Shown here: positions 55,867-63,920 of the stretch, one piece after another
Position numbering within the stretch: the stretch's first letter is position 1
Layout: every line of letters starts with the position of its first letter
IMG/VR virus record: IMGVR_UViG_3300044796_000657
Span: 310,001-374,000 of that record
Length of the DNA: 64,000 nucleotides
Strand: one strand, 5' to 3'
The notes under the pieces: generated by a model
What the model saw: only the letters and a program-made list of their open reading frames with translations
Database searches by the model: none
Told to the model about the DNA's origin: nothing
Made by a program: the position numbers and the translations under genes

Positions 55867-56746
55867 TACTTTCAGCTAATGCTAGTTTGAGATTCGTGTA
55901 ATAAATGTGTCTGTATTTCTTCTCAAAGTAATTAGTGGCTCTTTCAGGTTTGAAGCCTTTGATTTTATTTTTGAGTGGAACCAAATGCATGACATTGTCA
56001 CAAATGTCAAAAAAGTTAATGGGGTGGTGTTTGTGCCATACGCCGATACTAGGTGTGGTTGTTGTTCCGGCAACGTGTAACGGGCCAGAATCTATGCCAA
56101 CGTAAAGTTTGGCCCTACCAATCAATGCTGCCAATGTACCAGCACTTGAATTTTTAACGCCCCCCCAAATTGGATTTTTGGCGTCGGGATTGAATATGGT
56201 TTTGTTGTCTGGAAGTGGTGACTCTTTTTTCCAATCTAAGATCACTGGTGTACAATTCATTCCTTTGACACACTTACAGATAAACCTTGCGTCGGCATGT
56301 GTGAGGCTCTTGGCTGTTTTGAGTGTCTTAGCCAAATAGTGAATTAGTACAAATGGTTTATCTGGCAGAGTTTTGATGAAATCGTCAGCTAATTGATGCT
56401 CATGAGGCTGGATTGTAATATCGTAGCCTTCATAGAGCTTTTCAATTGGCTTAACTTTTAATACGTGCTTCAAAAATTGCGTAGGCTTAGTGGAAGGTAA
56501 ATTACTGCAACAACTCTTTGGAATTGGCCAAAGAATATCTAAAATTTCGTCATAAGAACGACTTTCATATTGATCAATTTTTCTACGAAAGATGTTTCCG
56601 ACTTTGCCTAGAAAGTAAGATTCCTTTCCGGAGCCGACTTCAATATCCAGATTCCAATGAGGAAAGTAATGTGCAATATGCCGCATCACAATTGAAAATT
56701 GGGCATTGTCGCCCAAACCGTGCCTCATCTTAAACAAAACTCGCAT
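55841..56746 (-). CDS. GT9-like glycosyltransferase
   Basis: HGLGD and LYVGIDSGPLHVAGTTTTPSIGVW. Confidence 0.8.
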   Translation of the reverse strand: MRVLFKMRHGLGDNAQFSIVMRHIAHYFPHWNLDIEVGSGKESYFLGKVGNIFRRKIDQYESRSYDEILDILWPIPKSCCSNLPSTKPTQFLKHVLKVKPIEKLYEGYDITIQPHEHQLADDFIKTLPDKPFVLIHYLAKTLKTAKSLTHADARFICKCVKGMNCTPVILDWKKESPLPDNKTIFNPDAKNPIWGGVKNSSAGTLAALIGRAKLYVGIDSGPLHVAGTTTTPSIGVWHKHHPINFFDICDNVMHLVPLKNKIKGFKPERATNYFEKKYRHIYYTNLKLALAESITELLQKP

Positions 56747-56762
56747 ACTCTATGAAAGTAAG

Positions 56763-57749
56763 TTAAATCATATTCGGCGAACCACCGAGAAAATGTCTAA
56801 CTCTTTGCCCTCTCATAAGACCGTCATATATCTCCTTATTGATCATATCCTGTAGCTGATATGGAGTTCCTCGCCAATCTTCGTGCGGGCCAATGAAATC
56901 ACTATCTTTCATTGGTGGCAACGCAAGCAATGGCGGACGACTCAATCCAAGGGTTTTTTCGCCAAATGCTAAATCATCGATGTGTTCACCGAGTATTGAA
57001 ATTTCTGCCGTAAACTTTTCCCGCATCCGTGGTTTACTATTAAAGATTTTCGGTTGCGGCAAATTGGAAAGAGGATCGGCATCAACACCCAATAACCGAC
57101 ATCGTAATATATTCCATTCGTCCAACGGCATTTCGTTGACGTTGATACGGTAATCATTTGTGAAAAGGTCTAATGTTGGTGCAACATCGGGAGCACAATT
57201 ATGAATTAGATCGTAAGTTAAACAAATCGCTACTCCCATCCAAAAGTTGGGATTGTTCAACGGAAACACTTTTTGGTTACGAGTGATCTTATCGAGTATG
57301 GTTGGCGGGCTGCGGTGATACGTTTTAACATATCGACATTGCCCGTGCAATAAATTCCGATAGTGATGACTTAGATCACGGATACTATGAAATTGGTGTT
57401 GGGCGAGATGTTCACTTTTGCCAAAGATTGCCCAAGGAATTACGCTGACGCTACGACTTCCCGCAACAAAAAGTGTGCGATATGACAAAAAGCCGTTAAC
57501 TCTATCAAACATATCACATACCGTTTCACCCCATTCACACCAATGCTGCCGACGGCGGAAGCGGGAATCTTCGGGGTACGTATCGATATGCGCAAAGTAT
57601 TTTTTCAAGAAAAAGGTTTTCTTGAGAGCGCCTTTCGGTATAGCGAACTCCAGAACGTGATATTCGGTATCATCGACTACTTCGATGCTTGATGAGACAT
57701 TGCCGTTATGGAAGGCTTCTTTTGGTGTCATAATGTTGCTATTTTGCAA
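56763..57749 (-). CDS. Hypothetical protein
   Basis: 328-aa ORF with no recognised motif. Confidence 0.55.
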   Translation of the reverse strand: MQNSNIMTPKEAFHNGNVSSSIEVVDDTEYHVLEFAIPKGALKKTFFLKKYFAHIDTYPEDSRFRRRQHWCEWGETVCDMFDRVNGFLSYRTLFVAGSRSVSVIPWAIFGKSEHLAQHQFHSIRDLSHHYRNLLHGQCRYVKTYHRSPPTILDKITRNQKVFPLNNPNFWMGVAICLTYDLIHNCAPDVAPTLDLFTNDYRINVNEMPLDEWNILRCRLLGVDADPLSNLPQPKIFNSKPRMREKFTAEISILGEHIDDLAFGEKTLGLSRPPLLALPPMKDSDFIGPHEDWRGTPYQLQDMINKEIYDGLMRGQRVRHFLGGSPNMI

Positions 57750-57769
57750 ATTTAAGGTATACTAAACCC

Positions 57770-58654
57770 ATGAGCAAATTTCTAATTACCGGTGCTAGTG
57801 GTTTCATAGGATCAAATCTAGTAAATAACTTACTAGACATGGGGCATGAAGTCACATGCATCGGAAGAATAGACGAACAACCAGTTCGATGTCTATCATA
57901 CACTTTCCATGACATTAATTGGAAGAGCATTGGGCAGATTGATGGTATATTTCATCAAGCGGCAATCACCAATACGCTTCATCCCAACAAAACAGATTTT
58001 AACTTAATAAACTTTGAATACACGAAGTCACTGTTTGAGGCGGCTAAGCATAATGTCAAATCTATTGTGTACGCAAGTTCCTGTGGCGTTTACGGCGATG
58101 TTCCCACCCCATTTAGGGAAGATGGCCCCACCAAGCCACTCAATCTGTACAGTCAATCTAAATTGGATCTTGATCAATGGGCAATGAAATGGTCTCTTGC
58201 AAATCGTGTTAAGGTCGTTGGCCTCAGATATAGCAACGTGTACGGTGCTGGCGAATCACACAAGGGCAAGAGTGCCAGTATGATTTACCAATTGGCCAAA
58301 AGTATCAGTCGGGGAATTCGTCCTAGATTATTTGAACATGGCGAACAAAAGAGAGATTTCGTTTACATTGAAGATGTCATGACAGCAAATCGTTTGGCTT
58401 TAAGTGCTCCGTCCGGTGTCTACAATGTTGGCTCTGGATCAGCTACCTCGTTCAATGATATTGTTAATCATCTAAATGCCACCTTAAGCACAGATGTTAA
58501 ACCTGAATACTTCCCCAATCCACATCAATCAGTTTACCAAAATTCTACATTGTGCGATTTGAGTTTATCAAAAGATCGTTTGTGCTATTTCCCTCTGTAC
58601 GACATTGCTTCTGGCATCAAAGCATATCACCAATCGGGAAAGCTAGTCTCTTAA
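57770..58654 (+). CDS. hldD: ADP-L-glycero-D-manno-heptose 6-epimerase-like extended SDR
   Basis: GASGFIG, FHQAA, YASSCGVYG, YSQSK, RYSNVYGAGESHKGKSAS, RDFVYIED. Confidence 0.82.
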   Translation: MSKFLITGASGFIGSNLVNNLLDMGHEVTCIGRIDEQPVRCLSYTFHDINWKSIGQIDGIFHQAAITNTLHPNKTDFNLINFEYTKSLFEAAKHNVKSIVYASSCGVYGDVPTPFREDGPTKPLNLYSQSKLDLDQWAMKWSLANRVKVVGLRYSNVYGAGESHKGKSASMIYQLAKSISRGIRPRLFEHGEQKRDFVYIEDVMTANRLALSAPSGVYNVGSGSATSFNDIVNHLNATLSTDVKPEYFPNPHQSVYQNSTLCDLSLSKDRLCYFPLYDIASGIKAYHQSGKLVS

Positions 58655-59497
58655 GCCGCTGGTCGTATTAATAGCAACCGGCAAGCCCATAATTTTGACG
58701 CCGAATTTGTCCGGATGAACCGGCAGAGTACCTTGCGACACTTCTCTTTTTATCCAAATCGGCAATATGTCACCCGGTAACATTGTCCCAATTTCCAATG
58801 GTTCACGACGAGCATTGGTGTCAAACACAACGCCAGTTGGTGGATTGTTTGATATTCCTATGTTCGGAGCAGTGCTGTTAATTGGCCCGCCATAGCCGAT
58901 ACGTGTAATCCGAACATTCAAACCTTGATCATCAACTACTCTAAGCAATTCTTGCGCTCGCCCTTTTGCGGTACCCGAAAACGTAATAATAAAATCATAT
59001 GAATCGCTTGTTCTTTGGCCCAAACAAGTCACGCCTGTCAAATTCCCCAGAGAGTTGATTAGAGCCGCAATCCGTTGAGACATAAATGCGGTGTCTGGTA
59101 CCCATAGAATATCCCGTGTTTGGGTAGTTTTTGTACCTTGTGCAGAAGATTCTGTATAAGCCAATCGGAATGAACCACCAACTGGACTTCCGGGTATTGT
59201 AATGGCTTGTACATCATTGGTAAAAGCAAATCCTAATTCAATATCAGCACCTTTATCTGCTTCTTTGGTCAAAAATACACTGGCATTTTTGAGTTTTTCA
59301 ATAGAAGACAAGAGTTTAACATAGATACAACGGTAATCAATTGAACCATCAATTGTTTGCTCTCTGGTTACGTCATCGAATAAATTGTTAAATATTTTTT
59401 TGACTGGCGAGCGAGATGGTTCACCGCCAATAGATAACAATGGATCTGAATTGTGCTGTCCGCCGGATAGCATAAACTCAATGTCTTTTTCAGTCAT
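58643..59497 (-). CDS. Probable virion structural protein
   Basis: LSGG..NSDP..SIGG...NNLFDDV...DYRCIYV pattern seen in phage structural modules; GTATATA upstream. Confidence 0.55.
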   Translation of the reverse strand: MTEKDIEFMLSGGQHNSDPLLSIGGEPSRSPVKKIFNNLFDDVTREQTIDGSIDYRCIYVKLLSSIEKLKNASVFLTKEADKGADIELGFAFTNDVQAITIPGSPVGGSFRLAYTESSAQGTKTTQTRDILWVPDTAFMSQRIAALINSLGNLTGVTCLGQRTSDSYDFIITFSGTAKGRAQELLRVVDDQGLNVRITRIGYGGPINSTAPNIGISNNPPTGVVFDTNARREPLEIGTMLPGDILPIWIKREVSQGTLPVHPDKFGVKIMGLPVAINTTSGLRD

Positions 59498-59598
59498 TTG
59501 GTCTATATACCTTTATAGAAATTTGTAGCCTTGTGTATATATGTCATATCGTTGCAAGTGCCGATTGTACATTGGGTTGACTAGGAGAATACAGAAAC

Positions 59599-60615
59599 AT
59601 GATGAATTATCAAACATACAAACTCCTTAACGAAACTTTGGGTTTGTCGGCTCTTGGTGTTAAGTCCCCCCACAACTTGGGAATTGGCGCAGCACCATCG
59701 GGCTGGAGTGAAGCGGGTATGCTGCCTCCAGTGGGTGGGGCACTTAGCGGTGGCAATCCTTTTGGCGGCGTTGGTGGTGGCGGTGAAGCCCCTGCTCCCG
59801 GTGCCGATGATATGGGCGGCGATGACATGAATGCTGATCCTGATGCCGGTGACGATCAAGGTGATCAAGGTGATAAAGATCCAGCCGATATGTCTCACGA
59901 AGAATTGGTTGCTGCTTTAACTGATTTGGGACACGAAGAAGACGAACTTGAAGGCAAAGAAGACGACGAACTCCGTGATATGCTCGTCCAAGCCCAAGCC
60001 GAACAAGGCGATGATAGTGGCGACGGCGAAACCGATGCCGATCTGGATGCCGATCACGGCGACGATATGGGTGATGCTTCAGCGGGTAGTGGTGATGACA
60101 ATCTCGTACCTAATAAGAAGCCAGTTAGCCCATTCATGAAGGCTTTTATGAAGAAAGAAGCCGCTGAAGCTAAGGCCAATGACAAAGAAGACAAAAAGGG
60201 CAAAGACGACGGCAAGCCTACTTTCATGATGAAGAAAAAGTGCGGTTCCGGCATGGATGATAAGAAGATGGTTATTGGCAGCAAGAACTGCAAAGGGTGC
60301 AAAGACAATATGAAGAAAGAAAATACCGCTGGTGATTACGCTCGTCCAAAGAGTTACGATGGCAGCGAAGCGGCCTTCAAGAAGAGCATTCGTGAACAAC
60401 TCGCTGCTACCAATGTTAATCAAAAATTCAACGATGGTATGCGAGATTTCAAAAAGGAAGATTTGCTGATTATGCCAAATCCCCTTGAAACCCCTGCTAT
60501 GTCTCAACCCGGCGAAGCAGGTTTTGCACCACAGGGCAAGATTGGTGACTTAGGATTTACTGCGGAAGCCGTTGCCAGTATGATGAAGCGAATTGAAAAA
60601 TTGGAAAAGAAATAA
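59599..60615 (+). CDS. Acidic low-complexity late protein, prohead core/scaffold-like
   Basis: N-terminus MMNYQTYKLLNE; Asp/Gly-rich middle and Lys-rich segment; AGGAG Shine-Dalgarno; terminator downstream. Confidence 0.55.
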   Translation: MMNYQTYKLLNETLGLSALGVKSPHNLGIGAAPSGWSEAGMLPPVGGALSGGNPFGGVGGGGEAPAPGADDMGGDDMNADPDAGDDQGDQGDKDPADMSHEELVAALTDLGHEEDELEGKEDDELRDMLVQAQAEQGDDSGDGETDADLDADHGDDMGDASAGSGDDNLVPNKKPVSPFMKAFMKKEAAEAKANDKEDKKGKDDGKPTFMMKKKCGSGMDDKKMVIGSKNCKGCKDNMKKENTAGDYARPKSYDGSEAAFKKSIREQLAATNVNQKFNDGMRDFKKEDLLIMPNPLETPAMSQPGEAGFAPQGKIGDLGFTAEAVASMMKRIEKLEKK

Positions 60616-60621
60616 CTCATC

Positions 60622-60650
60622 AAAAAAAGCCCGCATTTGCGGGCTTTTTT
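60622..60650 (+). terminator. Intrinsic terminator
   Basis: A7-GCCCGC-ATTT-GCGGGC-T6. Confidence 0.85.
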
Positions 60651-60699
60651 ATTTGGGTTCACAATATTATACTACTGTGCAAGTTAATACAAGGAAAAT

Positions 60700-60807
60700 A
60701 TGGACAAGACGAGATATTTGAATTTTTGGCTCTTGAGAGCTGAAATAAGGAGACGATTAGTAGAAGAAAAAACCAAAGAAGTTAAAGTGGTCTACAAAAA
60801 GTCTTGA
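60700..60807 (+). CDS. 35-aa basic microprotein (not in the ORF track)
   Basis: AAGGA Shine-Dalgarno; MDKTRYLNFWLLRAEIRRRLVEEKTKEVKVVYKKS*; flanked by two terminators. Confidence 0.5.
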   Translation: MDKTRYLNFWLLRAEIRRRLVEEKTKEVKVVYKKS

Positions 60808-60810
60808 TAC

Positions 60811-60835
60811 AAGCCCCGCTAAGCGGGGCTTTTTT
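60811..60835 (+). terminator. Intrinsic terminator
   Basis: GCCCCGC-TAA-GCGGGGC-T6. Confidence 0.8.
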
Positions 60836-61499
60836 ATTTGCATTTCCATTGATTACGGCAAACAATCTCTTTCCAATCTTCTTTTTTCTTTGGTAATTTT
60901 TTTTCAAGAAGCCAAGAGGGATCAAAAATAGGTGTCTTTTTCAAGAGCTCTAATGTCCAAGTTTGAGTTTCTTGATAGGGCAACTTGGATGTTTCGTGGA
61001 TTGATCCCGGCCCCACAAAGAGGCCACCGTCGCCTCGAATGTCCAAGTTATATTTAACGCCGTCTTTGACTATTTTTTGAACATTACGAATACTTCTGTT
61101 CATTGGATGCCGATAAATGTAATGTGTACCGTGTCCGGAACCGCTGACCTGCATGAGTGGTGTAGGTGGACATGCTTTTTGTACGACTTGCTCAGCGGCC
61201 TCATCGTCGGCATCTACAACGATAATACCAGAAATTTTGCCTGTGATAATGGCATAATTCAAACCGGCATACCTTTGATACCAATAAACAATTTGGTCTA
61301 AGCTGGCTCGTTCTGATTGATAGGGCTTCCATCGTTCTACGGTACACCCTTTGTTGGATGCTCCCTTAACGAGTGGCGGTGATATGGAGAAGCCGAGATT
61401 GCATAATCGCAAAGCATTTTCAAAGATCAGTCTATGATTCATAAATATGATATGGGTTCTTTCAAAAAATGGCTTGAGTCTGCTGATCAACAACGACAA
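60834..61499 (-). CDS. Stand-alone Prim-Pol (bifunctional primase/polymerase N-terminal) domain protein
   Basis: NYAIITG, IIVVDAD, SGSGHGTHYIY and LDIRGDGGLFVGPGSIH. Confidence 0.8.
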   Translation of the reverse strand: MSLLISRLKPFFERTHIIFMNHRLIFENALRLCNLGFSISPPLVKGASNKGCTVERWKPYQSERASLDQIVYWYQRYAGLNYAIITGKISGIIVVDADDEAAEQVVQKACPPTPLMQVSGSGHGTHYIYRHPMNRSIRNVQKIVKDGVKYNLDIRGDGGLFVGPGSIHETSKLPYQETQTWTLELLKKTPIFDPSWLLEKKLPKKKEDWKEIVCRNQWKCK

Positions 61500-61586
61500 A
61501 AAGATAAGGCTTCCCTCGCTCTGAAAAAACCAGAAGTGAGAGATAGCCTAATATCTCGTTACGGTGGATTTTTGAAGAAAACTTAA
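61452..61586 (+). CDS. 44-aa protein with a capsid-targeting-like N-terminus (not in the ORF track)
   Basis: MGSFKKWLESADQQRQKDKASLALKKPEVRDSLISRYGGFLKKT*; ATAAATA at 61441-61447. Confidence 0.6.
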   Translation: MGSFKKWLESADQQRQKDKASLALKKPEVRDSLISRYGGFLKKT

Positions 61587-62260
61587 TACATGTCTTCCCC
61601 GACGTTTTCGTTTTCAATGACTTCGTAATCATCGTAGTAACCGAATCGTTTTGAGAAAAAGTCTCTCAGTAATCTAACGTCCAGATGGGATACTTGATGC
61701 CCACCGTGGTATCTTTCTACAAAGTCCACTGGATATTTTTGCTTTTGAAGTGCCTTTTGCATTGGTACATATCGTTCGTCCCACTTGAAACAATTATCAT
61801 CCATGTTGTGTTGGACGATGAGCGGCGCACCGGTAGGGCATTTTGGCAATTGTTTCGGATTGAGAATTGCACCAGCCAAACACACACCACCTGCCAATGG
61901 CTCAACGCTATGTGCCATGACGTTAATTGTCATAACACCACCTGCCGAGAAGCCCATAATGCCGATTTCGTTTCGCTTAAAGCCCCAACCGTTTTGGATG
62001 GTACTAATTGCCTTTTCGATCACGGCACGGGCAGCAGGCAAGCCTTCTACAGCGTCGTTTTGATCGTGGATGCCGTTTGGTTGAGGGTACCATTCAAGAT
62101 TGTTTGGCTCTAGAATGACGGCCATACTTCGCCATAAGCCACTATGCTCGAAGATGGATTCCATGTAAGAAGTGGGAATTCCACGCCCCGGCAAAGCCAA
62201 CATACAACCCACTGGCTTTGTACCAGAAACGGGTTCAATAACCGTCCATTTAGAAAGCAT
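61583..62260 (-). CDS. Phospholipase/carboxylesterase-family alpha/beta hydrolase
   Basis: LPGRG, nucleophile elbow GFSAGG, HNMDD and GGHQV. Confidence 0.85.
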   Translation of the reverse strand: MLSKWTVIEPVSGTKPVGCMLALPGRGIPTSYMESIFEHSGLWRSMAVILEPNNLEWYPQPNGIHDQNDAVEGLPAARAVIEKAISTIQNGWGFKRNEIGIMGFSAGGVMTINVMAHSVEPLAGGVCLAGAILNPKQLPKCPTGAPLIVQHNMDDNCFKWDERYVPMQKALQKQKYPVDFVERYHGGHQVSHLDVRLLRDFFSKRFGYYDDYEVIENENVGEDMY

Positions 62261-62289
62261 GACAACTCCGAAAATATGTACGTATTAAG

Positions 62290-62313
62290 GCCACCGATCA
62301 AAAGATCGGTGGC
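62290..62313 (-). terminator. Hairpin after the ligase gene
   Basis: GCCACCGATC-AAAA-GATCGGTGGC. Confidence 0.6.
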
Positions 62314-62326
62314 TTAGAGACGACGA

Positions 62327-63331
62327 TTAGAAACCCCATGCCGTTGCGAGGTCAGTCCACGTTGCGGTGCAGTGTCGCTTGCCGTTGATGGGTTCGCAAG
62401 CCAACAGCAATTCTTCGTACAGCTTGGCGGGCATGTACTTCTTCACCAACCCGTTCAAGAAGGTTTTGCCCAACTTCTTGTCGGAATTGTTAATTGCGTT
62501 TTTGAGGTCTTCCACCTTGTAGGCGGTGCAGGTCTGTTCATCTTTCCAGAGTTCCAGATGCTTCTTTTCGGCGACGAAATCGACCGTGAACTTGCTCAAC
62601 CGATAAATCAGTTGAACGAGGGCCGGACTGCGGAGCCAGAAGTTGCCGGTTGCTCGGTATTCAACGCCGTAATCCTTCGGACGGTGGGTACCGGCGTTCC
62701 CATAGAGCTTCCGACGAGCGGCGCTGGTTGGGTCTTGATCCATCCACAGGGAGGGAATGCCGACGAACAAATCCATCATGCGTACCACCCACACCCGACC
62801 CCAAGGGCGTGCTTGGCCTTCGTCTTGGTCTTCCGGGGCAGTTAACGGGTACACTTGGTCGGCAAAGCCCAAGTGGATGTGCCCGCCCGCCGAACGGAAT
62901 GTGGTTTCGCAGCTCGGTGCTTGAACCATTGCCATTTCGTAGGCATCGAATTCGGGTTCGCAGCCGAAGACCAGTGCGTCGGGGTGTTGGCATTCCGATT
63001 TCGGATATTCGCCCGAAGCACGCAGTTCCAATTGATATGGGTACACTGCCTTGGAAAGACGATACAAGCAATCCTTGATGGTAGCGACCAGTGCGGCATC
63101 GCTATCAGCGGGATTGATGTTAACTTCGACGTTCACGTTGTCCGGAAACGCCTTGCCGCCGTTCCCCAAATCGAGTTTCTTTTCCTTGTTACCGTGAATC
63201 ACGCCGATGGCGGATTTCAGGTAGCCGGTTTTGGGATCGCAGAGCATCATCTCCGGATCGGTGCCCACAAGCAGTTTCGTCTTCGCCATGACTGTCGCTC
63301 CCTTAAGGTTTAATCGCCGTAGTAGTCGCAC
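62327..63331 (-). CDS. phiEco32-like COOH-NH2 ligase (type 2 amidoligase)
   Basis: VGTDPE, DNVNVE, GCEPEFDAY, RSAGGHIHLG, RRKLYG, RPKDYGVEYR and NFW. Confidence 0.88.
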   Translation of the reverse strand: MRLLRRLNLKGATVMAKTKLLVGTDPEMMLCDPKTGYLKSAIGVIHGNKEKKLDLGNGGKAFPDNVNVEVNINPADSDAALVATIKDCLYRLSKAVYPYQLELRASGEYPKSECQHPDALVFGCEPEFDAYEMAMVQAPSCETTFRSAGGHIHLGFADQVYPLTAPEDQDEGQARPWGRVWVVRMMDLFVGIPSLWMDQDPTSAARRKLYGNAGTHRPKDYGVEYRATGNFWLRSPALVQLIYRLSKFTVDFVAEKKHLELWKDEQTCTAYKVEDLKNAINNSDKKLGKTFLNGLVKKYMPAKLYEELLLACEPINGKRHCTATWTDLATAWGF

Positions 63332-63920
63332 CGACCATCGATGAAACTACCTTTTCTTCCACCTTTTTCTTTTCGTCAATACTCTTTCGTGTCCAATACT
63401 TGCACACGTTTTGCGTTGCGCCACTGGCAAAACCGCAAATCCCGGCACTGTTGTGCATAGTACTAATTGGCACTTTCGCCGGGTAATTCTTCTGAGTATC
63501 GATGAAGAAGAACTTACGATAACCCATCTTTAGTATCTTTTCTATCCCTTTCAACGCCTGCGAAACCTGATGCTGATCGTTAGTTTGGTATGCGGGTATT
63601 TTTCCTGAACCCACGCCTCTTAACGTTACCATAAAGTCAGTGCCGGGCTTATGTACGAAGCCAACTCGCAACATAAGGCTGTACATGCTAACCATGACCG
63701 GTGAATTGAACCACTTGCCCGATCCGCTAATGCGATATGCACCCGTTTTAGCGTATCTTGAAGGGGGATTCGATACCTTCCAAATTCTGGTCGGCTTTAA
63801 TTTGAGTTTTTGTTCTACCTGATTTAGAAAATCAAGCACCCCCTGAATTTTTTCATTGAATTTCTTATCACGAGAATTAACCACCACCAACCGAATCCTA
63901 TCCATCGATATTTTCGGCAT
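63303..63920 (-). CDS. Hypothetical basic protein
   Basis: 205-aa ORF upstream of the ligase. Confidence 0.55.
   Translation of the reverse strand: MPKISMDRIRLVVVNSRDKKFNEKIQGVLDFLNQVEQKLKLKPTRIWKVSNPPSRYAKTGAYRISGSGKWFNSPVMVSMYSLMLRVGFVHKPGTDFMVTLRGVGSGKIPAYQTNDQHQVSQALKGIEKILKMGYRKFFFIDTQKNYPAKVPISTMHNSAGICGFASGATQNVCKYWTRKSIDEKKKVEEKVVSSMVGATTTAIKP

Noticed and set aside
62372-63313. Plus-strand ORFs opposite the amidoligase
   Set aside because: Shadow ORFs in GC-rich DNA; the minus-strand protein carries all the family motifs.
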